From Cyanobacteria bacterium auto_48_18 (lineage in GTDB: Bacteria; Cyanobacteriota; Vampirovibrionia; Obscuribacterales; Obscuribacteraceae), in the NCBI GenBank assembly GCA_036170915.1, contig JAVHQC010000029.1, forward strand, positions 262,950 through 326,949: a DNA stretch of 64,000 nucleotides, read 5' to 3'. A model generated the notes under the pieces. The model was not told where the DNA came from. It saw only the letters and a list, made by a program, of their open reading frames with translations, and did not search any database. The position numbers and the translations under genes are program-made. Shown piece after piece: positions 10,320 to 20,715 of this stretch (position 1 is the stretch's first letter; each line of letters starts with the position of its first letter).

Positions 10320-11771
10320 GTGAGTACAGACGTTAGAGTACGAATCGCACCAAGTCCTACAGGCAATCTGCATGTGGGTACCGCGCGCACCGCTCTTTAC
10401 AATTACCTGTATGCCAAGAGGCATGGCGGCACTTACATCCTCCGGCTTGAAGATACCGACGAAGAGCGCTCAAACGAAAACTACACTCGCGACATTGTGG
10501 ACGGCTTGAGATGGCTCGGCCTCAATTGGGATGAAGGGCTTGAAGTAGGTGGACCATATCCACCCTATCGCCAGACTGAAAAAATCGATCATTACAGCAC
10601 CATGGCCAATCAGCTCATTGCCAAAGGCAAAGCTTATTTGTGCTACGCCACTCAAGAAGAGCTGGCCACGCTGAAAGAAGAACAAAAGGCCTCGAATAGC
10701 GCACCACGCTATGACAATCGTGGACGCGAACTGAGCGAGGCACAGCGCAAACACTATCACGACGAAGGGCGCATACCTTCTGTGCGTTTTCTTGTGGATG
10801 AACCGCAGGTGGTGTCATGGCATGATCACGTCAAAGGCGAAATTGCCATTGATACGTCAGATCTGGGCGGCGATATGGTTATTGTCAAATCAAACGGCGT
10901 AGCAATCTACAACTTTGCCGTTGTGATTGACGACGTAGACATGAAAATGTCGCATGTCATTCGCGGCGAAGATCACATTCACAACACTGCCAAACAACTG
11001 CTTATTTACGAAGCACTAGACCATCAAGCGCCTGAGTTTGGCCACGCTCCGTTGATTTTCGACCTGGAGCGTCAAAAGCTTTCAAAACGCAAACATGGCG
11101 AAGCTGTGCACATCGATCACTACCGGGTACTCGGTTATATGCCGGAAGCAATCGTCAATTATCTGGGGCAGATGAGCTGGACTCATCCTGAAGGCAAAGA
11201 AATCTATGACCTTGAAGAAGCCGCAGCTCTATTTGATCTCGACAAGGTTTCGAAAAGTCCGGCAGTTTTCGACCTTGCCCGCTTGAACTGGTTCAACAGT
11301 CAATATCTACGCAATCTGCCGCTAGACACCATTGTCGAGCGCGCTCAACCCTACCTCACCACATACGATACCAGTCGCTATACCAAAGCTGAACTGTCGC
11401 AGATGGTGGCATCGGTACGCGAAGGCTTGACCACACTAGCTGAAATCGGCCCGGCTCTGAGCTTCTATCTCAGCCCTGAGCTGGACGTAAATGATGACCT
11501 GAAAACATCAGTGCTTAATTCTGAAAGTGCTCGCAAAGTGCTATCAGGCCTTTTGTCGACTCTGGCGAGCTTACCCTGGGGCGATCATCAAGGCTGTAAA
11601 AAGGCGGTAGACGGCTTAGGTAAAGAACTGGCCCTTAAGGGCAAAGAACTTTACTGGCCCGTTCGAGCCGCCTTATCAGGGAAAACTCAGGGCCCAGACC
11701 TGGGAGCAATCATCTCAATACTTGGCGCCGAACGAGTTAAATCGCGTCTGGAATCGGCACTGAATCACTAG
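10320..11771 (+). CDS. gltX: Glutamate--tRNA ligase
   Basis: RIAPSPTGNLHVGT (HIGH-like), RLEDTD, HVIRGEDH and KLSKR motifs. Confidence 0.97.
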   Translation: MSTDVRVRIAPSPTGNLHVGTARTALYNYLYAKRHGGTYILRLEDTDEERSNENYTRDIVDGLRWLGLNWDEGLEVGGPYPPYRQTEKIDHYSTMANQLIAKGKAYLCYATQEELATLKEEQKASNSAPRYDNRGRELSEAQRKHYHDEGRIPSVRFLVDEPQVVSWHDHVKGEIAIDTSDLGGDMVIVKSNGVAIYNFAVVIDDVDMKMSHVIRGEDHIHNTAKQLLIYEALDHQAPEFGHAPLIFDLERQKLSKRKHGEAVHIDHYRVLGYMPEAIVNYLGQMSWTHPEGKEIYDLEEAAALFDLDKVSKSPAVFDLARLNWFNSQYLRNLPLDTIVERAQPYLTTYDTSRYTKAELSQMVASVREGLTTLAEIGPALSFYLSPELDVNDDLKTSVLNSESARKVLSGLLSTLASLPWGDHQGCKKAVDGLGKELALKGKELYWPVRAALSGKTQGPDLGAIISILGAERVKSRLESALNH

Positions 11772-11789
11772 AAAATCAGTAAAAAATCA

Positions 11790-13214
11790 ATGAGCAAAAT
11801 TCACGTTTTTAATACTCTTTCAGGCAAGAAAGAAGAATTCATTCCGCTGCAAGGTAATGTCGTAAAAATGTACGCCTGCGGGCCTACAGTCTATGATTTA
11901 AGCCATCTCGGTCACGCACGTACGTTTATTGTTTGGGATATAGTACAGCGATGGTTGCGCTTCTGCGGTTACGCAGTCACCTACGTACGTAATATCACAG
12001 ACGTAGACGACAAGATTATTAAACGCGCTCAGGAACTGGAGATTACTCCAGAAAAATTGTCGCGCCAATGTACTTATGATTTCTGGCGTGACATGAAAGC
12101 GCTTAATATCGAAGCTCCCGATTTTGAGCCGAGGGCAACCGAGTTTATCGCCCAGATGATCGCCTTTGCAGAGTCTCTGATAGAAGCTGGACACGCCTAT
12201 GAAGCTGGCGGAGATGTTTATTTTGACGTTGCCTCATTTGAAGGCTATGGCAAACTGGGCAAACAAAATTTGGAAGAGCTAATGGTAGGTGCCCGAGAAC
12301 AACTTGTGGCGCAAGAAGCTCTCGCACATTTGAAAAAAAATCCGGTAGATTTTGCTTTATGGAAAAGTGCAGATGCGTCTGAACTCGGCTGGCCAAGCCC
12401 ATGGGGCAGAGGTCGCCCTGGTTGGCACCTGGAGTGCTCTGCCATGGTCAAACGTATTTTAGGAGAAACAATTGATATTCACGCCGGTGGTGAAGACCTG
12501 GTTTTTCCGCACCACGAAAATGAAATTGCCCAATCAGAAGCTCTGCATGGTCAACCCATGGCGCGCTACTGGTTGCACAACGGTTTTGTGCAAACCAATT
12601 CAGAAAAGATGGCAAAATCTCTAGGCAATTTTAAAACCATCAATGATTTGCTCAAAACATTTTCGCCTGATACTATTCGCCTTTTCATTCTTCAGTCTCA
12701 CTATAGAAACCCTATCGATTTCACCATAGAAAGTGTGCAGGCAACAGGAACTGGCTTACAAAGATTGCTGCGGGCAGCTGCTTTTGCCACACTCGATGAC
12801 GACATTGACGAGGTTGACGCCGAGGTGCCGAGTGGAGCAGCTCAAAGCTTAGCCGAAACATTCAAACAAGAATTTGCCGAAGCCATGAATAACGATTTCA
12901 ATACTGCCATCGCAATTTCGCAACTTTATCAACTGGCTGATGGAATCACACAAACCGCAAGCGTTTCAGACAAACACTACCTAGCAAACACCCTTTTGCA
13001 TTATGCTAAAGTGCTCGGCTTGACCATGGTCGACACGCGCAAAGACATCGACAGCGACACGGGCAGCAAACTCATTGACTTGATTTTGACCTTGAGAAGC
13101 GAAGCCCGTGCACGAAAGGACTATGCCTCTGCAGATCTGATTCGCAAGACATTGACTGAAATTGGCGTCAACGTCATGGATGGCCCTCAAGGCGCAACCT
13201 GGGAAAAAGTCTAG
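11790..13214 (+). CDS. cysS: Cysteine--tRNA ligase
   Basis: CGPTVY..HLGH, DFALWK, GRPGWHLECS, FPHHENE and KMAKS motifs. Confidence 0.97.
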   Translation: MSKIHVFNTLSGKKEEFIPLQGNVVKMYACGPTVYDLSHLGHARTFIVWDIVQRWLRFCGYAVTYVRNITDVDDKIIKRAQELEITPEKLSRQCTYDFWRDMKALNIEAPDFEPRATEFIAQMIAFAESLIEAGHAYEAGGDVYFDVASFEGYGKLGKQNLEELMVGAREQLVAQEALAHLKKNPVDFALWKSADASELGWPSPWGRGRPGWHLECSAMVKRILGETIDIHAGGEDLVFPHHENEIAQSEALHGQPMARYWLHNGFVQTNSEKMAKSLGNFKTINDLLKTFSPDTIRLFILQSHYRNPIDFTIESVQATGTGLQRLLRAAAFATLDDDIDEVDAEVPSGAAQSLAETFKQEFAEAMNNDFNTAIAISQLYQLADGITQTASVSDKHYLANTLLHYAKVLGLTMVDTRKDIDSDTGSKLIDLILTLRSEARARKDYASADLIRKTLTEIGVNVMDGPQGATWEKV

Positions 13215-13290
13215 TTTTCATAGCATTTCGACCTACCCAGGTCTATCAGTTTTAATAAAGCCGAGAAACAGCGAAAATACAGCCGCCCGG

Positions 13291-14997
13291 CTACTTTTTC
13301 AATCTAAAAATATTGTATCTATAGTTCCAATCAGCAAATTCCTTAGCACCACTGCACCATGAGTGATACCGCCCCTCTCCTTCAGCAGTGTAATCTTTCA
13401 AAATGATTGACACGATGCCCATTTCCTGCAACTTGTCGTAAGTCTGGCCACCTTCCACCAATATTACAGCCGGTTTTTGAATCTGAATTTCAGCACCGAT
13501 GCGGCTGTACAGTTTGGCTTTAAGCTTAGTCAACCAGCCAAAAGGTTTGCCTAATATCTGATCAGTAAGACTGTGATCTTGAATATTAGCCATTGTACTG
13601 AGCGGCTCGCTACTGAGATAGTAGCCGCAAATCTGCCGATTGACTCGTGCATAAACTGGAAAAGTCGGCAGCAAGCGACCATTCAAAATCAAAACTTTTT
13701 GATCTGGCCTGGAATAGTTGGTCAGCGCCGTCTCAATATCAATGAAATCGGGATCTAGTGCTCTCGGACCAATTGTAACTGTAATGTTTTCCCGTCGCTC
13801 CATGGTTTCACAACCAGCCATGACCCCGAGACTGCCAAGGCAAAAGAGAGCGAAGAGATAAACCTTAACGCTGTTAACTCGCGTCTCTCTATGAGAAAGA
13901 TAGGGGTATCTTCTGGCGAAATTAGCTACTAACGATCCATCAATGAAAATAATGGCAATGACCGACAATGCCAAACACATTGACCATATCAATATTGATA
14001 GCTCGCTGCTGAGGCCGGTCATTGTCGACAAATAAATTGAAAAACCACCCATCATAACCGTCGCCAGGGGTCTCAAAAATGGTGCTCGACTAATTAGCCC
14101 AAAGCAAATGACCATTACAGCCGTGCACAAATAAATGACACTGCGCCGATCGGGAGTGGCACCATAGCCATAAAATGCAATCTGATCAAGGTGCAAGCTG
14201 GCAATCTTGAGTGGAATAATCCAGTCATCCAACTCAGCAAGGGCGGCAGCGTTTAGCGTCAATATCCACGTCCAAGATAATGCATACGCAGCAAGCAATG
14301 CCCAAAACTCAACCGGGGGTTTAAGCTTTTGAAACCGTGTAGAAACTAGTTCGGTTATTTCCACCAGCAATATAACCGGCAGAAATAGCGGGCTGATACC
14401 GGCTCCCAGACCAGCCAGAACTCCACAAAGAATCCGCAACCAAACTGGCGGCTTTGCGCCGGCCCAGCGAATTGCACGCAAAAATAAATAAGGCGTGAGC
14501 AGCAAACAAAAAATATGCTGCGCGCAGCCAAAAACAAATCCCATAGCAAAATTCGCCAGACCGACACCAACCAGCGCAGCAGCCAGTAAGCGCAGAGGCT
14601 TTTGCGGCAGCCTTGACGATGTAACAATGTAGAAACACAGCAAAAATGACAAGACAGCAGTTAGCGCCGTGATTATGTATGAAGAGAGTGCGCTTGACCA
14701 GAAGGGTGTGACCACAAGAATCGCACGGCTGCTGGCCAGGTCAGCAAAGAGCTTTGCTAGAAACACTGCTGGTATGCGCAGATAAGCAATTAAAAGAGAC
14801 TGATCAAAATAAAAATCATAAAAAGGCATTTGACCGGCAATGATTCGACCAGCGGCTTCCATCTCATAACAAACTGTGCCACTCAACTCCATGAAATAGA
14901 ATGCGCGATAGATCAAACTGGCACTGAAAACCAGGCAGGCAGCGGCAAGCAACATCACCGGCAGTTTATATAATTGATGTGGCTGTGAATCAGTCAT
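13291..14997 (-). CDS. Polytopic membrane protein; divergent paralog of the adjacent GT-C-like glycosyltransferase
   Basis: Many TM segments; colinear with 14990..16636 (GQMPFYD vs GRMPYVD, FGCAQHIFC vs FGQREHIFC, LRAIRW vs LRYLRW). Confidence 0.7.
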   Translation of the reverse strand: MTDSQPHQLYKLPVMLLAAACLVFSASLIYRAFYFMELSGTVCYEMEAAGRIIAGQMPFYDFYFDQSLLIAYLRIPAVFLAKLFADLASSRAILVVTPFWSSALSSYIITALTAVLSFLLCFYIVTSSRLPQKPLRLLAAALVGVGLANFAMGFVFGCAQHIFCLLLTPYLFLRAIRWAGAKPPVWLRILCGVLAGLGAGISPLFLPVILLVEITELVSTRFQKLKPPVEFWALLAAYALSWTWILTLNAAALAELDDWIIPLKIASLHLDQIAFYGYGATPDRRSVIYLCTAVMVICFGLISRAPFLRPLATVMMGGFSIYLSTMTGLSSELSILIWSMCLALSVIAIIFIDGSLVANFARRYPYLSHRETRVNSVKVYLFALFCLGSLGVMAGCETMERRENITVTIGPRALDPDFIDIETALTNYSRPDQKVLILNGRLLPTFPVYARVNRQICGYYLSSEPLSTMANIQDHSLTDQILGKPFGWLTKLKAKLYSRIGAEIQIQKPAVILVEGGQTYDKLQEMGIVSIILKDYTAEGEGRYHSWCSGAKEFADWNYRYNIFRLKK

Positions 14998-16636
14998 TGC
15001 GTTTATAAATGCTTATCCCGTCTTTCTTATCGATCATTTTGTAATTAGACATATATGAATCGATAAAGTTGTAGTTCTCGAAAACCCAATTCATCGGGTT
15101 GTCCTGAATATAAATCAACTTCGGTCTATTCTTAGTGATATCCTCGCTATACCAGGCTATAACCTGCTCTTTATCTTTTGTAAAATGATCTTTCTTGGCT
15201 TCACTCAGATCTGGACGGTCGATAATGAAAGTGAGAATAGGCAGCATCATGCCGTGTAAAAAGCGCGATGCCGGTCGGCGATCGGTTTGCAACATCACCG
15301 GATACCCAGGTGCCATGGAAGCACAGATAAACAGAACGGTGTCACCTTTAGATGAGTTTGTCAGACAAGAAGCCACAAAAGGATCCATATCACCACTTGG
15401 GCAAGTGCCGCTGTAGCCAAGATGCGCAAGATCGTAAGGCACCGAGTCATGTTGCTCCCGAGCATCGTTCTCTTGAGCGCTGCTCAAATAGTAGCCACCA
15501 CCTGCGATGCCCAAAATTAGCATCGCAAAAGTTATGCTTTTCAGCTTGTCTGCACCAATCAGTCGAGCAGGCAAAAGTTGATACAACAAGCAAAGTTCTA
15601 CGCCCACAGCCATGGCATTGCCCATACGAACGGCAACCATGTGGCAAGACCAGTCCTGACCCGCCAGAACGTAGATTAGACCAGACATAAAAGCAAAAGC
15701 GCAGGCTGCAGGCGCTAAACTGCTATAACGCGCCAGAGCCAGGGCACCTAGCGAAGTCAGCGCTAAAAGATAGAAATCGCTTCGCCAGTAAGTGGCAATA
15801 TTATAAATCGGCGAAGTAACATAATAAGAGTAGCCTTCTTTATAAATTGGCACCACAAACTGGAAAAATGCCTTCAGCTCTTGTGCCGGCAAAAAAATAA
15901 AATGCAGCAGGTAAATAACAATTACAGCCACTGCAGCCAACACCTCGGTAGCAACAAGGGGGCGCCATTTGCCAGTGCGTAACCACCAGGCAATCTCAGG
16001 CGCACAAGCCATAATCATAAAATGCGGCTTAAAAGCAAGACCAATGCCGGCAAACAAACCTACAGCAATGGCTTGATAGCGGCCTAAGCTGAAGCCTTCC
16101 CAGCGCAAATAACGCAGCAGAAAAAAGGGCGCATAGACGATGCAAAAAATATGCTCACGCTGGCCAAAATCTATGCGTTGAATTTGATTGAAATATGCCA
16201 CAGCCACCAGGGCAGCCACTCCTAGCAGTATTGCACCAAAGCGTCTTGCCGACAAAAGCACCCAGCCAATCAAAAAGCAACTGAGAAAGCTCAGGGCATA
16301 AACATACATTGAAAAGCTGAGCGGAATCGGAATATGAAAATATTTAGACACCAATACCGGTATCACTTGAAAGTAGATTGCCAGAGGCGGATTGACATCA
16401 AACATATCGACATATGGCATGCGACCTTCAAGAAGCAGCTGCGCCATGCTGACAAACAGCCCCTGATCACAATAAATCAGCATCGGATGATGGAGCCAAT
16501 AGTTACATCCTGTGGCCAGCAAAGACAGGGCCAGAGTCAAACCCACCAGCAAAAGCAAATTGGACAATTCTCCTGAGAATGGTCTCTTGTCTATTGCTTC
16601 GGTAGCCTGCTCCTGTCCGGACATACTAGTGCTCAC
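14990..16636 (-). CDS. GT-C-fold (ArnT/PMT-like) membrane glycosyltransferase, putative
   Basis: First loop CDQGLF...LLEGRMPYVDMFDVNPP, later FGQREH and KPHF; about 11-12 TM segments plus a C-terminal soluble domain. Confidence 0.7.
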   Translation of the reverse strand: MSTSMSGQEQATEAIDKRPFSGELSNLLLLVGLTLALSLLATGCNYWLHHPMLIYCDQGLFVSMAQLLLEGRMPYVDMFDVNPPLAIYFQVIPVLVSKYFHIPIPLSFSMYVYALSFLSCFLIGWVLLSARRFGAILLGVAALVAVAYFNQIQRIDFGQREHIFCIVYAPFFLLRYLRWEGFSLGRYQAIAVGLFAGIGLAFKPHFMIMACAPEIAWWLRTGKWRPLVATEVLAAVAVIVIYLLHFIFLPAQELKAFFQFVVPIYKEGYSYYVTSPIYNIATYWRSDFYLLALTSLGALALARYSSLAPAACAFAFMSGLIYVLAGQDWSCHMVAVRMGNAMAVGVELCLLYQLLPARLIGADKLKSITFAMLILGIAGGGYYLSSAQENDAREQHDSVPYDLAHLGYSGTCPSGDMDPFVASCLTNSSKGDTVLFICASMAPGYPVMLQTDRRPASRFLHGMMLPILTFIIDRPDLSEAKKDHFTKDKEQVIAWYSEDITKNRPKLIYIQDNPMNWVFENYNFIDSYMSNYKMIDKKDGISIYKRND

Positions 16637-17231
16637 TCCAAAGAGCTATGTTGTGCTGCTTGGTACAAATGGCGTCGAATTGAAAGTGTTTATCGGCGAG
16701 AAGTTTGCGGTAAGGCACAATATCGTCAGGCCTACCTTGCAATTCGGGTGACACCAGGCAAAGCTTAAAACCTGCCGCCTTCAAACTTTTATAATCGGAC
16801 TCAGTGAGCGAAATGTGAGTGAAACAATCGATCCAGACCCAGTCTACTTGACCGGCAAAATTGAGCACAGTGCTAATTGATTCATACTCTGAATAGCGTA
16901 AGGCAATGCGCCGCTCTCCCTGGCGACTGAGCAATACGATCATGGGCAGCGACGAATCAAGCAAGAAATAATTTTCGATTTTATACTGACGCATCAATTG
17001 CAAAACCCTTTCTTCAATGCGTTCGCTTTTGATGTTTAAAATTAGAGTGCCGTGCTTGTAAGCGGCAAAGAATGGCTCAGCGTCCTCTCCATCTTTAAAC
17101 GGGTCATGCTGCAAAATCAAGCGCTCGCCGCGATCGCGCAAATCAATTTCGCAACCAAACTCTCGCGGCAATTGCCGCAATGTCTCCAGCTGATTGATAC
17201 GGTGAGCAATATATTCCATTAGATTAGACAT
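16626..17231 (-). CDS. Small PLC/GDPD-like phosphodiesterase, putative
   Basis: IAHR, GCEIDLR, QHDP, LNIK, WVWID, SPEL and terminal ICT match the PI-PLC/GDPD TIM-barrel pattern. Confidence 0.65.
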   Translation of the reverse strand: MSNLMEYIAHRINQLETLRQLPREFGCEIDLRDRGERLILQHDPFKDGEDAEPFFAAYKHGTLILNIKSERIEERVLQLMRQYKIENYFLLDSSLPMIVLLSRQGERRIALRYSEYESISTVLNFAGQVDWVWIDCFTHISLTESDYKSLKAAGFKLCLVSPELQGRPDDIVPYRKLLADKHFQFDAICTKQHNIALWSEH

Positions 17232-17940
17232 TCTCCAGAGACTTTTTCAGCTTCAGACTAAACTCAAGAGTACGCCTGATAAAACGCATTTTTGATTTAA
17301 AGCCTGTATTCCATTTTGACTCTCCGTGAATACGCTCAGGGAAAACCACATCTAAACGAACGATATTGAGTCTCTGTCGGCGAGCCAAATAATAAGCGTA
17401 GAGATCCAGAGCAAAATCTTCTGGCGGTGAGCGCCATGACTCGAAAAAACTTCTGTGGAAAATATTGGGCTGGGCGTTAATATCCCATAAATTGCTGGCC
17501 AAAAAGCACGATTCAAAGACGCTCATGCCGGCGGTGAAGAATGAATCTGCCAGGGGGCGACCATGCCTCAGACCTTTAACATAGAGATCCGGAGAAAAAT
17601 TATGAGCTTCAATAATTTGCAGCGCCTTAACGATATCAGCTGGGTCGGTCTGCATATCAGCGTGGGTCCAACCAATAAATTCAGTCTGGCAGGCTGCGAG
17701 CCCCTGGAGAATGCCATAACCATAGCCTTGATTGACAGGCACTCTTAAACTCTTAGCAAAAGGAAACTGGCCAATACAGTCAGCAATCACTGCCGAACTC
17801 TGGTCAGTCGAACCATTGTCGACGAGCAAAAGCTCGACGTCATGACGCTGGCTAGCCACCGTCTGAAAGCGGCTCAAAATCAAGGGAATATTCTTCTCTT
17901 CGTTATAGCAAGGCATCACTACAGTAAACTTGAGACTCAT
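17224..17940 (-). CDS. GT2 glycosyltransferase, polyprenol-phosphate sugar synthase (DPM1/GtrB)-like
   Basis: VVMPCYNEE, VDNGSTD, NQGYG, HADMQ (DxD variant) and ERIHGESK motifs. Confidence 0.85.
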   Translation of the reverse strand: MSLKFTVVMPCYNEEKNIPLILSRFQTVASQRHDVELLLVDNGSTDQSSAVIADCIGQFPFAKSLRVPVNQGYGYGILQGLAACQTEFIGWTHADMQTDPADIVKALQIIEAHNFSPDLYVKGLRHGRPLADSFFTAGMSVFESCFLASNLWDINAQPNIFHRSFFESWRSPPEDFALDLYAYYLARRQRLNIVRLDVVFPERIHGESKWNTGFKSKMRFIRRTLEFSLKLKKSLENV

Positions 17941-19592
17941 GATGACACCACTTTTTTATATTGGTGCCATGAACATTTATCAAAAAAGGTCTGCCAGTAT
18001 TCGAAGGTTTTTAAGTCGTTGGGAATGCCAAATGAAATATAGTCATCAACTTCAAAGGCGACACACTTAAGGCCACCCTGAGCGAGTATACCAATCATAC
18101 TATCAACATAAAATTCGCCGTTGACACGAATATCGTCCTCAATCAATACCTTCAGAGCATCTAGGAAATAACTAGTTTTTCTAAAGTAAAATGCACCGAC
18201 AATGGCGTGATCTTGGCGCGGATTATTTGAGATCGCTTTCTTCACCGAAACACCGGTGACTATGGGAAAATCGGCTTCACCTGGCGCGGTGGTGAGCCAT
18301 CCGAACATATGAGGATTGCGCTCACTGGCAGGATGCTGCCTGAAACTAAAGGCCGCCACATCAATGCTTTGATCAGCCAGAAGCTTTTGCCATTTAATAT
18401 GGTCGTAGACTATACCATTGTCGCATGCACCAATAAGCAAGCTGTCACCCGGTAAAACCCGTGGTACCGCCTCTTCCAGGCCCACCTGACATGATATTGC
18501 CTGACCGCCTGATATGCCATGAAGTGCGACCACGCTGAAATTATTGAAGCGGGCAGTCAGTGTTGAGGCCAGAGTGCCGTCAATTAAATGCTCGCCCTGA
18601 GCAACAAATATATAGCGGTTGGCGCGCGGCAAATTATCGCAAGCCATTTGCACCATGGGTTTGCCTGATACCGTAATCAGTGGCTTGGCAATAGTGTAAC
18701 CGGCGTCAGCAAAACGCTGACCCCGACCAGCCATAGGAATCAAACAAACATCAACGCCGGCAGATTGAGCGGGGCCCTGAGTAATCTCTTTTTTAGCCGA
18801 ACCTTTAGCCGACAACTGTAATTTGGAATCAGCAGCCAGGCGGTTAAAATAATCTGACCAGTGCTGATATTCTTCGAGGTCTCGAGGAGTACCCCATTGA
18901 AGCATATGTTCAACTTCATAAATTGAGACGGGCAGGCCATCTTCGACCATCAAATTGTAAACCATGCTGACATAATATTCGCCGTTAATTTGAATATCAC
19001 GCTTAATTAGCTCAGCAAAATAATGGCGCACATATTCTCCGCGCGCAAAATAATAAGTACCATTCGACGCAAACTCAGCCATGCGATTATCAGTAAAAGG
19101 CTTTTTCTCTTGAATTGCTTGCAACCAGTGGTTCTCTTCGCGAATGAAGGCATAATTATCTATACCAAGCATATGCGGGTGAAAATTTCGATAGGCAGCA
19201 ATTGCTCCGGCCGCTTTGCGATTTCTAGTTACGGCAAGAAAGTCTGAATAATTCCAGTGCGAATAAAAATCGCAATAATTGACTATTGTCTCTGCCTCAG
19301 CATCAATGCGATCAAAGCACTGTGACACGGCATAAACAGGGCCTTTACGATGAGTATTGATACCAATAATTTCGCATCGTGGTGCCGCTTTACGTAAGAC
19401 GTCGCTCAAATTTGTGTTGACCATATGATCATAATTAACTACAAAAATAAAATGATCATTGGCGTCAAACATATCGACGACGTAGCTAATCATGGCCGCA
19501 CCGTCAACAGTGATTAGTGGTTTAGGTGCGCTGTATCCAGCCTGGCTAAACCTTTCACCCAATCCTGACATAGGAATGACGATCTGAGTCAT
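17937..19592 (-). CDS. Tandem two-domain nucleotidyltransferase-like (BcbE-like GT-A fold) protein
   Basis: Two copies of IPM(S/A)GxGxRFxxAGYxxxKPLI, each followed by EKK/VKK, NGE(Y/F)YV and G(T/I)PxDL. Confidence 0.85.
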   Translation of the reverse strand: MTQIVIPMSGLGERFSQAGYSAPKPLITVDGAAMISYVVDMFDANDHFIFVVNYDHMVNTNLSDVLRKAAPRCEIIGINTHRKGPVYAVSQCFDRIDAEAETIVNYCDFYSHWNYSDFLAVTRNRKAAGAIAAYRNFHPHMLGIDNYAFIREENHWLQAIQEKKPFTDNRMAEFASNGTYYFARGEYVRHYFAELIKRDIQINGEYYVSMVYNLMVEDGLPVSIYEVEHMLQWGTPRDLEEYQHWSDYFNRLAADSKLQLSAKGSAKKEITQGPAQSAGVDVCLIPMAGRGQRFADAGYTIAKPLITVSGKPMVQMACDNLPRANRYIFVAQGEHLIDGTLASTLTARFNNFSVVALHGISGGQAISCQVGLEEAVPRVLPGDSLLIGACDNGIVYDHIKWQKLLADQSIDVAAFSFRQHPASERNPHMFGWLTTAPGEADFPIVTGVSVKKAISNNPRQDHAIVGAFYFRKTSYFLDALKVLIEDDIRVNGEFYVDSMIGILAQGGLKCVAFEVDDYISFGIPNDLKTFEYWQTFFDKCSWHQYKKVVSS

Positions 19593-20713
19593 AAATTCTG
19601 CCTGTATTTTTCGGCATCCCAGTTATTCAAATATTTGATTTCGGCAGGGGGTAAAAATTCAACTGGCGCGGTGCCGCACGTTTGCAAAAGTACGTGCGAA
19701 CGCAAGACATCTTCAGTATCTCTGCACTTGCGCAGAGTTTTTGCCAATAACAAAATATGCTCGTTGCCTGCTATCAACACTTTAGGTGGGTGACCGTAAG
19801 TTTCAAAAAAATCTGAGACTCGGCGTAAAGCCGCGGGGCTATCCAGGTCTTCGAGGGCAAGCGCCGTAGAGCCGCAATATACAAGTTGATCAGGTGTGGC
19901 GCAACCGGCCAGCAAATATTGCGAATTTTCTTTGAGAACTCCATGCAATACTTGATCATCGCTGAGATATGCCAGCCAATTTGTAGAGCACACCTGGTTT
20001 ACCAGTGCCGAAGCAAAATTGACAAGTTTGTAGCGATAAAAATTGATGCCCATGGTGCTTGCTACGCTATTAACGTGCTGAGCGAGCGAATCTACCACTT
20101 CATTAGTTGTTTGCATCACCGCTTGCTTGTCGGCACCAGCCACAATTAAACCGTGATTCTGGAGAAAAATTACGATGGTCTGGCCCATTTGCCAGTTACT
20201 TTTAGCAAGCTCCTGCAAAAGCACCAGAGCCAGCGCTGCACCTGGCGTTTGGTAGGGCACGAGCAGGGCTTGTGGAAACAAATTACCAAGCACCTCTCTC
20301 CAATTGTTGCGACACACGGCGGCGGCTACAACAACTGGATGGGTATGCAGAGTAAATTTTCCCAGGGCGCAGTGCAAGAGAGTTTCAATGGACGGCCTGC
20401 GCCCTGTCGGCGTGAGAGCCAGGCTGACGGCGCTGTTGGCCTCATGATCAAACAATGCAAGCTGCTCAGGATTGCTTGAGCTGACCTTTGAAAACTTAGC
20501 CTGAGCCTGATGTAAAAAATCTAAAAGCGGCTGCCATTGCAAAACGCAAAAGTCGCCTTCACCGGCCACATCACTGAGAGCCATGCCTGAGGCTTTGACT
20601 AAGAGCCGTCCATCGCTAAGCTTGACCGAGGTGTTGCCGCCACCAGCCTGCACCAGATCGAAGCGTTCTCCGGCAAAACGCGAAATTTCAATTAAATCAG
20701 CAATGTCACTCAT
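19589..20713 (-). CDS. Class II aldolase/adducin family protein (rhamnulose/fuculose-1-phosphate aldolase-like)
   Basis: GGGNTSVK, KASG, RPSIETLLH, HTHP and LQNHGL (three-His metal site). Confidence 0.88.
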   Translation of the reverse strand: MSDIADLIEISRFAGERFDLVQAGGGNTSVKLSDGRLLVKASGMALSDVAGEGDFCVLQWQPLLDFLHQAQAKFSKVSSSNPEQLALFDHEANSAVSLALTPTGRRPSIETLLHCALGKFTLHTHPVVVAAAVCRNNWREVLGNLFPQALLVPYQTPGAALALVLLQELAKSNWQMGQTIVIFLQNHGLIVAGADKQAVMQTTNEVVDSLAQHVNSVASTMGINFYRYKLVNFASALVNQVCSTNWLAYLSDDQVLHGVLKENSQYLLAGCATPDQLVYCGSTALALEDLDSPAALRRVSDFFETYGHPPKVLIAGNEHILLLAKTLRKCRDTEDVLRSHVLLQTCGTAPVEFLPPAEIKYLNNWDAEKYRQNL

Positions 20714-20715
20714 GG

